NCBI RefSeq assembly: GCF_009931435.1
Contig: NZ_CP043414.1
DNA length: 64,000 nucleotides
Direction: 5' to 3' (one strand)
Source: Escherichia coli
GTDB lineage: Bacteria; Pseudomonadota; Gammaproteobacteria; Enterobacterales; Enterobacteriaceae
Of the stretch, positions 48,144 through 56,269 are shown one piece after another (positions within the stretch are counted from its first letter, which is position 1; every line of letters starts with the position of its first letter). The translations under genes and the position numbers were made by a program. The notes beneath the pieces are model-generated. The model had not been told where the DNA came from. It made no database searches and was given only the letters and a program-made list of their open reading frames with translations.

Positions 48144-48553
48144 TTTCAGCCGTTTATATCACTTAACGCAATTAGATCATGCAACTTTACACAATATGGT
48201 TTTTTCTATTATTTTTCAGTTGGTTGAATGGATTAGCCATCACACAACTGATCTATAAAACTGAAAAACACTGAAATTCTTTTCAATCTTTTCAGTGGCA
48301 GCTCTCCGGCAAACCGCCAACAGTGGCGCAGCCTGACGCTCACGTTTGTAGAAAAATAAAACTGAAAAATTTTATCGATCCAGAAACCGCAGGCGGGTGC
48401 GGTGTAGTGCCATTTTGGTCTGCGAAAGATTTATTTTGTCAGTGCGTAGTGCCGTCAGCGCAACGTGACAGCACAGATCCTTTTGTGGTGTTACGGGATG
48501 GTGGTCAGAGAAAAAAAGTGCTTAGAATGCTTCTGGTTGCGTGAGAATACAGG

Positions 48554-48579
48554 TATAAAAAACCCGCACTAGGCGGGTA
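48554..48579 (-). terminator. Rho-independent terminator of the 84-aa gene (minus strand)
   Basis: Plus strand reads aaaaaa-acccgc-actag-gcgggt; on the minus strand this is a perfect 6-bp GC stem followed by a T-run, directly after the ORF stop. Confidence 0.55.
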
Positions 48580-48589
48580 CTAAAGAGAG

Positions 48590-48844
48590 CTATTTCATTT
48601 CGTTAAGTGCGTACGCACCTCTATCAGTGAGTGCAAAAAAGCCATCCCTTACGCTGGGTTGAATCAACCCAAACATACGCAATTCACCCAGTATTTGTTC
48701 TGAGCGACTACCAGCACCAGAATGCTTAATTAGTGCAAATTCAGGCTGTGCTTCTTCACTGAGCAAAGTCAATATTTTGACAATGGCGTCACGTTTGCTT
48801 TCATCTGCAATGTCATGGTATGGATTGATGGAACAGGTTACCAT
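48590..48844 (-). CDS. Hypothetical small protein, 84 aa, monocistronic
   Basis: ORF MVTCSINPYHDIADESKRDAIVKILTLLSEEAQPEF... bounded by terminator-like hairpins on both sides; separate transcription unit from the tail operon. Confidence 0.45.
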   Translation of the reverse strand: MVTCSINPYHDIADESKRDAIVKILTLLSEEAQPEFALIKHSGAGSRSEQILGELRMFGLIQPSVRDGFFALTDRGAYALNEMK

Positions 48845-48984
48845 AGTGTTTTCCTTTTTTTATGAAAATCATATTTTACCATATCCCAACACGCCATATT
48901 GAAGTGCTCAATATTCACTCACCCTAAAAGGTATCTGTTGTGCAATCAGTTCCCCTACTCCCAGGTATCGCGGTTAAACAGGTA

Positions 48985-49010
48985 TCAAAAAGCCGCATTA
49001 TGCGCGGGCT
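48985..49010 (-). terminator. Candidate terminator of the prophage tail operon
   Basis: Imperfect GC hairpin (gcccgcgcataatgcggc on the minus strand) followed by a T-run, a few bases after the stop of the 567-aa gene. Confidence 0.4.
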
Positions 49011-49020
49011 GATGGGATGA

Positions 49021-50724
49021 TCAGGCGATGATTTTCTGGTACTTACTTCGGGTCTGTCCTGCTTTCTCTGCTGTCTGGGTAAATGCTCCGGCATTGGTTG
49101 GCGTACCAACACTGGGGTGCGAATGACTCGCACATTGCTGCGCCAGCTCTGCCAGTAAATCAATGGTGTCCAACATCATGGTCAGCGTGTTTACACTCTC
49201 ACTGCCGATATGGATGGTTGGCCCCATAATCTGCTGACCGCCCGATGCTACCGATTTGCGTAATGCAGTAATCTTTTCAGTCAGGCTTTCGCCAACCTCC
49301 ACGGCTACAGCACCGCCCACTTTAATGGACTGCTGTCCTGCTATGTCCGTTTCTTCGTTTCCTTCAATGCTGGCCAGCCTGTTACCTTTCACGGCCTGGC
49401 TAAAATCCCCGGCACTGACCTGCTGAATGGCTCCGGCTAGCAGGGTGGCGGTCCCCACCACAATGGTTTTATCCGTGGCTTTAACCGTGGTTTCGCGACT
49501 GACCAGATCACGTTGTTCTGTATCTGCTTTTACCGTTCGCACCATCGATGTTTCACTGATGGTCTGATCGGTCTGCCTTACCCAGTCACCCGCCAGAGTC
49601 ACCCTCTGGGATACTTCTTCCCGCTGCTGCTGCAATTGCTCACCGGGTTTAACGTCCGGCAGACTGGTGCCATCCGGTAGCGTCTGCCTGATAAAAGGTT
49701 TATCCGGTCTGCCTCCTGTGAATGCGACCTCAACCAGCGTCCCTTCTGGCGGGAACTGAAACATACCTGAATCATTCCCGGCCATTGGTACCGGCAGCGG
49801 CACCGCTGAATAAACAGGCGTCTGATTGTCCGGATTTCCGTCTGCGTCAAGCAGCTGCACGTCCACGGCGTAACGTGGCCGGAAGGGATCGGCAAAGTTA
49901 CCGCTTTTTACCGGCTCTGAATGCGCCACGACTCTGGCCATCTTTGGCAAATGAAGCCCGGATGCCAGTTCCGGGTAATGGCTTTCAATCTGCCGTTGCG
50001 CTGGTGTTTTCTGCAAAGGTTTACCCGTTGCGCGGTTTCTCGGCGTCCATGTGATCGCCATCGTGTCATTAGTCAGGTGAACTTTAGTCACGCGTTCACC
50101 GTTCATCTCCACCCCTGGCCGCATAGTCTGGATCACTGGTAATGTCACAGAGTTACCGCCAGCAGCCCCCTGGCTGAACTCTGACGGGATTTCTACTGGA
50201 CGACCGGCAAACAATGACTTTTCTGCGCCGCCGACGTAAAGCGAACCATCAGGTAACTGGTACCAGATGTAATCCTGGATACTGAACGCCCTGCCCAGAT
50301 TGTTCAGCAACTGATAACCAGTACCGTTATGGGTAAAATGTGGGATGGGGGTATCGCTGTACTGTGCATCAGGCACACTGACCGTGATCCCGCTGTTTTC
50401 TTCCAGCCAGCCCGCAATTTCACGCAAAGTCGGGTGTTGAAACGAACATGGCCACATCCTTTCAAACACACCTACCAGCTCACGAATGAATAGGCGCTGA
50501 AAACCGTTTTCAGCGGGCTGCGATCGCTCCACATACCCCGTAAACCAGCGCAAAAGCAGATCGGTATACCCCACATCCAGCCGCACCAGTTTTCCGGTGT
50601 AATCGGTTGTTGTCTCTGCGGTGATGAAGCCCCGGCCGCAGCTGTTCAGCTCCAGTACCAGGCTGACATCCACCAGGTGAACTTCATCCGTTGAAAGGTA
50701 AAGACGTTTTACTGGTTTCATCAT
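49021..50724 (-). CDS. Phage baseplate hub/spike protein (gpD/VgrG-like), 567 aa
   Basis: Last gene of the tail operon; C-terminal third is a low-complexity V/T/G/S-rich repeat region typical of beta-helical spikes; call is by architecture and context only. Confidence 0.5.
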   Translation of the reverse strand: MMKPVKRLYLSTDEVHLVDVSLVLELNSCGRGFITAETTTDYTGKLVRLDVGYTDLLLRWFTGYVERSQPAENGFQRLFIRELVGVFERMWPCSFQHPTLREIAGWLEENSGITVSVPDAQYSDTPIPHFTHNGTGYQLLNNLGRAFSIQDYIWYQLPDGSLYVGGAEKSLFAGRPVEIPSEFSQGAAGGNSVTLPVIQTMRPGVEMNGERVTKVHLTNDTMAITWTPRNRATGKPLQKTPAQRQIESHYPELASGLHLPKMARVVAHSEPVKSGNFADPFRPRYAVDVQLLDADGNPDNQTPVYSAVPLPVPMAGNDSGMFQFPPEGTLVEVAFTGGRPDKPFIRQTLPDGTSLPDVKPGEQLQQQREEVSQRVTLAGDWVRQTDQTISETSMVRTVKADTEQRDLVSRETTVKATDKTIVVGTATLLAGAIQQVSAGDFSQAVKGNRLASIEGNEETDIAGQQSIKVGGAVAVEVGESLTEKITALRKSVASGGQQIMGPTIHIGSESVNTLTMMLDTIDLLAELAQQCASHSHPSVGTPTNAGAFTQTAEKAGQTRSKYQKIIA

Positions 50725-51269
50725 TAATCCAAAGCATCATTGACGGGCTTCAGCACCTTGCGTTCAAACCACGTCAGTTTTTCTTCATCCTCTCCGGCAG
50801 ACTGGCCACCGAACTGCCCCGCACTACCGGCAGTCTGTTTTTTTGCGGTCGTCTTACCTGTTGCCCTGGCCTCTCGCTTTTCCTGCACGCTGATATGTTC
50901 AGCCAGTGTGAATGTCACCAGCCAGGACATTTTCCCGTCCTGCTGGGGCGCATCCAGCATTCCGCTGAACGTTGCTTCACGAAAATTAACAGCACGGGCA
51001 ACTTCATGCGCCACGCGGTACTTCTGACGATTACCACTGGCATCGGTAGCACTGGCCAGCTCAAAAATACGCTTCAGTATTTCAGGCTGTTTAAAAGGTA
51101 TTTCACCGCTGATCCGCAGTTCCTTTCCCTTTGCTCCCTGCTCTGATTTTGTTGTGGCACTGGTCTGGCCGGACTGATCTTTATCCTGAAATTGCTGTGA
51201 AACAGTCACCCGCATGTTTTTCAGCTGGATGGCCTCGCCATTAAGCGCCAGTGTCGGGATCGAAGTCAT
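50724..51269 (-). CDS. Phage tail-associated protein, unknown function (181 aa)
   Basis: ORF translationally coupled (ATGA overlap) to the hub gene; no family recognised. Confidence 0.4.
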   Translation of the reverse strand: MTSIPTLALNGEAIQLKNMRVTVSQQFQDKDQSGQTSATTKSEQGAKGKELRISGEIPFKQPEILKRIFELASATDASGNRQKYRVAHEVARAVNFREATFSGMLDAPQQDGKMSWLVTFTLAEHISVQEKREARATGKTTAKKQTAGSAGQFGGQSAGEDEEKLTWFERKVLKPVNDALD

Positions 51270-52002
51270 GAATCATTCCCTTTATTCCATCAAGATTATC
51301 GCCAACCAGCATCATGGCTGCGGTGTAAACGGCAGACTGCTGCGGAATGTCCTTCACCAGTTCCAGTAACGTTGTGCCGGTGTCTCCGCTGGCAGTAAAA
51401 ACCCACGCTCTGGCACTCTTCCCCTGTAAGTCATTCAGGCCGCTGGCCACATCACTGATAAGCTGGTCACGCAGCTGCGTGAACTCGCCCAGCTGTTTTT
51501 TCAGCCCTTCGATATCAAATCCGGCACCCGCCACCTTTTGTGCCTGGTTGATTGCCGCAGCAGATAAAGCTGCCCTGCTGGTTGGTACAGACAGTGGAAT
51601 GGACGCAGGTAACGCTGCGGCGGTTTTCGCCGGGATCTGCATCTTTTCAATAGCCAGCGCTGCGGCGGATTGCGCCAGCCGTTTTACCTGCGTGAATGCC
51701 GGGGCGGGGAAAATCCCGACCAGGTTATTCAGGCTGGCCATAAAGTTTTCCTGCGTCTGTCCGGTGACCATCATAATCACCACGTCCACATTCCCCCCAG
51801 TTCCGGCCAGGCGTTCAGCAAGATAGCGAACAGCATTAACCGGGCTGAGATATGCCCCGTTCGCTGTCTGCTGTCCCAGCCCATAAATCCACGGATGCGC
51901 AGGGACGATCGAACAGTTCAGCGCAGCAACAGAATCCGTGAAGGCCAGACGTGCTTCACGCCACATTTCCAGGCACCTCCGGCCACACAATTTCCGGCGC
52001 AT
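51241..52002 (-). CDS. Phage tail-associated protein, unknown function (about 240-253 aa)
   Basis: Ala-rich ORF overlapping both neighbours in the tail operon; true start may be the internal MWREARLAF. Confidence 0.4.
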   Translation of the reverse strand: MRRKLCGRRCLEMWREARLAFTDSVAALNCSIVPAHPWIYGLGQQTANGAYLSPVNAVRYLAERLAGTGGNVDVVIMMVTGQTQENFMASLNNLVGIFPAPAFTQVKRLAQSAAALAIEKMQIPAKTAAALPASIPLSVPTSRAALSAAAINQAQKVAGAGFDIEGLKKQLGEFTQLRDQLISDVASGLNDLQGKSARAWVFTASGDTGTTLLELVKDIPQQSAVYTAAMMLVGDNLDGIKGMIHDFDPDTGA

Positions 52003-52543
52003 CTTCCGCTTGAATACGATTCAGTAAAACGCGGTATTTTTTCCATGCGGTAAGTAACAATGTTTCTTCCTGGCTCGCCATGCCTAAAACAACAGCATCC
52101 TGCAATGTGGCAATGGCAGTATGGGCCTGTTTAAGCAGTCTTATCTTTTCCAATTCTGCCTCACGGGTTAATGCAACTCGCATAGACTCAGCATCATCCT
52201 CCCATTTACTGCCATTCCATTTTTGCCATGCGTTTTCAGGCTCCAGAGTAGTTGTTCCAGCTGGATAATCCCCTGGTGCTGTTATCACGAACCTTCTAGC
52301 GTCTTTCGTATCAAATACAATTTCGCCACGGTGATCTTTAATAGCAATCCATTTCTGTTTTTCTGTATTAAAAATTGCCACGAATCCGTCTTTTGTTAAT
52401 GGAGGTTTAATTGTGGTGCAATTGGCTGGTAGTCCTGTGTGAGCGGGAATAAAAGCGTTATCACTACCAATAAACTCATTCGTCTCAGAATGAAGTTTAT
52501 AAACAGTAACTGTTTGATCGATATCACTCATTTTAAATATCAT
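51956..52543 (-). CDS. Tail fibre assembly protein (Tfa/Mu U-like)
   Basis: [43 protein letters not shown]... and C-terminal EETLLLTAWKKYRVLLNRIQAEDAPEIVWPEVP closely resemble K-12 cryptic-prophage Tfa proteins. Confidence 0.8.
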   Translation of the reverse strand: MIFKMSDIDQTVTVYKLHSETNEFIGSDNAFIPAHTGLPANCTTIKPPLTKDGFVAIFNTEKQKWIAIKDHRGEIVFDTKDARRFVITAPGDYPAGTTTLEPENAWQKWNGSKWEDDAESMRVALTREAELEKIRLLKQAHTAIATLQDAVVLGMASQEETLLLTAWKKYRVLLNRIQAEDAPEIVWPEVPGNVA

Positions 52544-54150
52544 TAAGCGAGTCTCACGATATAGTTTAATGCAATGTTTTTAACAGTGTTTTCTGAAGTA
52601 CCCGCAGCATTAACCGTAATGGTGTGTCCATGCGAACCAATCGCAACAGAGTGCGTATGAGCACCAATACCGACAGTATGTTTATGCTCCCCAGCACTTG
52701 CTGCAGTACCTGATACCGAGTGGGTGTGTGCGCCCGCAGAATTCGTTGCACCTAAGTGAGTTTGAGCAGAGTTCGACGAAGCTACTCTACCGGAGCTAAC
52801 GTTAGCATTATCTCCCTGAGATATCGGATGTGTATGTGCACCTGCTGAAGCAGCTGTTCCGCTAACACTATGGGTATGAGCACCAGTGTTATTCGTAGAT
52901 TTAGTTCCATAATCAAACGATGATGTGGTTTTTGTCCCTAAATCGGTATTTGAGGCACTGGCGCTATGGGTATGTGACTTAATATTATCCTGTTCATAAG
53001 ATAATACGGCACGTCCGCTGTTAGGCTTACCTTTAATCGTCTGCCCGCGCATATCAGGAATAACACCCAATGGATACGCAGCAGCCAATAATGGATATAC
53101 TGCCTTATCAAAAGACTGCCCCTGCATAATTGCCCAGCCAGGAGGTGGAATATCTGCTGGCCATGGAAGTGGAACACCAACCGGCAGAACATCACTACGA
53201 CTTAAAACGGCCAGTTCACCCAGCTCCAGGCTTTTTCTTGCTTTCACCTTGTCGCTAACATCAGCAAGGTTTGCATCCTTACGCAAAAAATCGCTGCTGG
53301 CCTGCTGTTCTCCCAGGCTACCCTTTGGCCGTAAATCCGTGATGTTGCCATCCGCATCAATGCTGGCCACAGCAAACACATAATGCTGAACCCCGTTCTG
53401 AACATAATCAGCAAGATTTGCTGCCACCGTGATTTTGCTCTGCACATTCCAGACACTGGTCAGTGTCCCTGTCCAGCACACATCCAGCCAGACTTTTACC
53501 GGCTTTGTCGTTACCGTAATATTCTGATTCGCAGCCAGTGACGCACGAAGTCCAGCCACATACCCCGTGCCTTTCGTGACAAAAAACTGATTGCCGGTTT
53601 TGGCTACCAGATACCCGTTACCAAAAAACGCCGCCGCGCCATAAATATCCATATTTTCCAGGCGCTGGCGTTCATCCATTCCGGCCAGACGTGCAGTAAA
53701 ATCAATCTGCCATGTTTCAGCGGGTGTATTAATCCCGGTTTCCGTTTGTGCGCCATTGTACTCCATCAGAAACGAGCGGGTCAGCACGTTCCCCTGTTGA
53801 CCTTCTTTTGTTTTCAGTTTCTGCTGTGATGGTGCATGGACAATCATTGCCAGCGTACCGCTGGCCTTATTGAGCAGACCGATCCAGTTAAAACTGAAAT
53901 CACCCACATCTGCGCCCAGCACTACGGAATAGACCACACCGTTTTCATCCACCACACCGGTGCGGGTAACAGACTGCCGGTGAACAATCTGTGCAGCCGG
54001 TGGTAATGTTTCATTGCGGTCAACAGGTGTATCCGGGTTTAAATCCGGCACACTGGCAAAAACAAATTCATCCAGTAGTACCGGTTCACCCGTTGCGCCC
54101 TGCTGCGCTTTCCAGTTTTCAAACGCCAATGTGATGGCTGTCTGTGACAT
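52543..54150 (-). CDS. Tail fibre protein (gpH / side-tail-fibre family) with His-rich receptor-binding tip
   Basis: 535-aa; C-terminus ...[23 protein letters not shown]...[63 protein letters not shown] matches the conserved Stf/Mu-S type C-terminal domain. Confidence 0.8.
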   Translation of the reverse strand: MSQTAITLAFENWKAQQGATGEPVLLDEFVFASVPDLNPDTPVDRNETLPPAAQIVHRQSVTRTGVVDENGVVYSVVLGADVGDFSFNWIGLLNKASGTLAMIVHAPSQQKLKTKEGQQGNVLTRSFLMEYNGAQTETGINTPAETWQIDFTARLAGMDERQRLENMDIYGAAAFFGNGYLVAKTGNQFFVTKGTGYVAGLRASLAANQNITVTTKPVKVWLDVCWTGTLTSVWNVQSKITVAANLADYVQNGVQHYVFAVASIDADGNITDLRPKGSLGEQQASSDFLRKDANLADVSDKVKARKSLELGELAVLSRSDVLPVGVPLPWPADIPPPGWAIMQGQSFDKAVYPLLAAAYPLGVIPDMRGQTIKGKPNSGRAVLSYEQDNIKSHTHSASASNTDLGTKTTSSFDYGTKSTNNTGAHTHSVSGTAASAGAHTHPISQGDNANVSSGRVASSNSAQTHLGATNSAGAHTHSVSGTAASAGEHKHTVGIGAHTHSVAIGSHGHTITVNAAGTSENTVKNIALNYIVRLA

Positions 54151-54160
54151 AAAAACCTCC

Positions 54161-54754
54161 TTACAAACTCGCGCTGAATGTTGCGCTGCGGGCTTCCGTC
54201 CCTGCTAACGTCGCCGGGTAAACCACATATTCCCCCTGACCCCACCCGGCCCTGATAACCAGGCTTTCAGGCGTGATCACCTCAAACTGATAACGGCGGC
54301 ATGTTCGCCCGTACTGGCGGATTATCTGGATCAGCAGCTGCGTGTTGTCTGCAATCTGGCTGTCTGTAACCCGAACCAGAATCACATCCCAGTCGATATC
54401 CGGTTGCCGTTCGAACAGCTCCACATAACCAATTCCCAGCCGTTCAAAGATATTGATAAACCCCTCAACTGAACCAGCATCCCGCGCATTCACGAAGGCA
54501 AAAGCCACACGTTTGCGGAACAGGGTCAACGGTTCACCATCAAAGCGGGTGATATCCCGGTCATAAGCCAGCAGGTTCAGTAATGCCGGTGTACACGTCA
54601 GCGGATCAAACTGATTCATTGGCCAGGTAATCCAGCCGTAAACCTCAGCCCAGAACCGCCGCGCCGTTTTCAGCAATTTCCCCGGTTCGCCTTTATTCAT
54701 CCAGGACGGCAGGAACATCCCGGCCAGCTTTTTCATGAACTCATTCATTCTCAA
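54161..54754 (-). CDS. Phage tail protein I-like (baseplate component)
   Basis: 197-aa ORF between the J-like and tail-fibre genes; [11 protein letters not shown] motif resembles gpI-family proteins. Confidence 0.55.
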   Translation of the reverse strand: MRMNEFMKKLAGMFLPSWMNKGEPGKLLKTARRFWAEVYGWITWPMNQFDPLTCTPALLNLLAYDRDITRFDGEPLTLFRKRVAFAFVNARDAGSVEGFINIFERLGIGYVELFERQPDIDWDVILVRVTDSQIADNTQLLIQIIRQYGRTCRRYQFEVITPESLVIRAGWGQGEYVVYPATLAGTEARSATFSASL

Positions 54755-55925
54755 TATTCACCGTCAGTGATTTCAGACGCGGCACGCTCAGTTCACTGGT
54801 AATGTCTCCCAACGAAAATGTCAGTGATTCCGTCTGTGCAAAGGTTTTATGAATTTCCCGCCCCAGTTGCGAAAAGGAAAACCGCGAATATGGCCACGTC
54901 TTTCTGACGTCATAATCAGCATTTTCACGAAAGGCACAGCGGATCATGTTTTCAATGCCGCCCTTCAGCGTTTTCACCTCTTCGTCACTGAAGTTGTTCA
55001 GATTTTTGACATAAACTGTGACGGCCAGATCGTGAAGAGTTTCCGGCATGGGATAGCACTGCATATCATCACCATGCCCGTGGTGCCCCAGCGTGTTGAT
55101 ATAGTCATTCACCGCATCCACGAACGGCGCTGATGCCACCCCACTGTCCAGTAATAAAAAGGCGTTGGCTGTTCCTGGCCCCCTCGGTGCTTCATGCTCA
55201 AAGAAAATCCGATCGATACTCAACCCGGCAACACTGGCGATCATTGAGCGATAAACCGCATCAGTGTGGTAATTCCCCACCAGATTGAACTGATTGCGGC
55301 AACGCTCGCGCAATTCATCATCACTTTCCTCGTCAGCCCCCGGCACTGTCAGCCAGTTTTCCTCACTGGCCACATGGCTGATACCACTGACCGCCATCGG
55401 CAGAATGCGGTAATATCCGGGCGCAAGGTTATATGCGCCCCCGGTGCCAGTGGCTTTCACCGGCAGTAATGCGCTGGCCGCGCCGGAAGCGATCACCACA
55501 TCCTCAGTGGTGGCCAGCTCATACACTCGCCCGTTAATGCGTTCTGTCTGGATAACCGTCCCGGCGTTGACCGTCACAACGGCCTTTGCATCTTCTTTGA
55601 AGAACCGAATAACCCCCTGCGCAGCGCTCGCTGGTTTTGCCGTGACGTTCACCGCCCATGCCAGCAAACGCAACATGCTCCCGCTGGCTGTGGCCACAAA
55701 CATATTGGCCAGCACGGTTAACACCAGAACGTCTTTAAGCCACATCACCGGGGCGGTCACAATGGCGGTGATTAATCGCCAGAACGGTGACATTCGGGAT
55801 GTATTGGTGATAATTCCCTCATCTGCTGCAATTGCATTGAAGCGTTCCCGCACTTCGGCTTCCGTTACCGGCATACCGCTGTCTTTCACCACTTCTTCAA
55901 AATCAACCTGCGGTTTTTCCGTCAT
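54741..55925 (-). CDS. Baseplate J-like protein (gpJ/gp47 family)
   Basis: Start placed at MTEKPQVDFEEV, which forms an ATGA overlap with the upstream W-like gene; size and position typical of baseplate J. Confidence 0.7.
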   Translation of the reverse strand: MTEKPQVDFEEVVKDSGMPVTEAEVRERFNAIAADEGIITNTSRMSPFWRLITAIVTAPVMWLKDVLVLTVLANMFVATASGSMLRLLAWAVNVTAKPASAAQGVIRFFKEDAKAVVTVNAGTVIQTERINGRVYELATTEDVVIASGAASALLPVKATGTGGAYNLAPGYYRILPMAVSGISHVASEENWLTVPGADEESDDELRERCRNQFNLVGNYHTDAVYRSMIASVAGLSIDRIFFEHEAPRGPGTANAFLLLDSGVASAPFVDAVNDYINTLGHHGHGDDMQCYPMPETLHDLAVTVYVKNLNNFSDEEVKTLKGGIENMIRCAFRENADYDVRKTWPYSRFSFSQLGREIHKTFAQTESLTFSLGDITSELSVPRLKSLTVNIENE

Positions 55926-56269
55926 AAATCCACCTGCGCAGAGATCCCGCCAAAATCGTATGTACTCGCGGTTACCCACAACCGCTTCTGACTTTCTTCA
56001 CTGATTTCCACCGTACCCGGCACAATGCGTTCATCATCTTCAATCAGTAATTCCATGCGGGTAAAAATATCCGCTCTCATTGTCGGGCTACGTTCGGCAA
56101 TTAATTCCGTCGCTAACCCACTTTCAATAATGGAATGAATAATGTCCTGCCCGATACTTTTTCGGTTATTACATAATTCAGGTTCATTACCGGTATTCAG
56201 AACAAAGTCACCGCCCTGAATCAGCAAATCGATATAAAGAACATCACTCATGCGCCAAGCTCCTGCCAT
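55922..56269 (-). CDS. Baseplate W-like (gp25-like) small protein, 115 aa
   Basis: Size and position immediately upstream of the J-like gene; assignment by context. Confidence 0.45.
   Translation of the reverse strand: MAGAWRMSDVLYIDLLIQGGDFVLNTGNEPELCNNRKSIGQDIIHSIIESGLATELIAERSPTMRADIFTRMELLIEDDERIVPGTVEISEESQKRLWVTASTYDFGGISAQVDL

Noticed and set aside
48323-48544. 73-aa plus-strand ORF in the intergenic region between the cargo gene and the 84-aa gene
   Set aside because: No convincing RBS, overlaps repeat-rich sequence and the terminator of the convergent 84-aa gene; more likely noncoding.
48590-48844. Ogr/Delta-type late-gene activator identity for the 84-aa protein
   Set aside because: Ogr-family proteins have a four-Cys zinc finger; this protein has a single Cys.
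51241-52002. DNA invertase (Gin/Pin/Cin-like) downstream of the tail-fibre assembly gene
   Set aside because: The downstream ORF is Ala-rich and lacks the N-terminal serine-recombinase signature; no flanking inverted crossover repeats seen.
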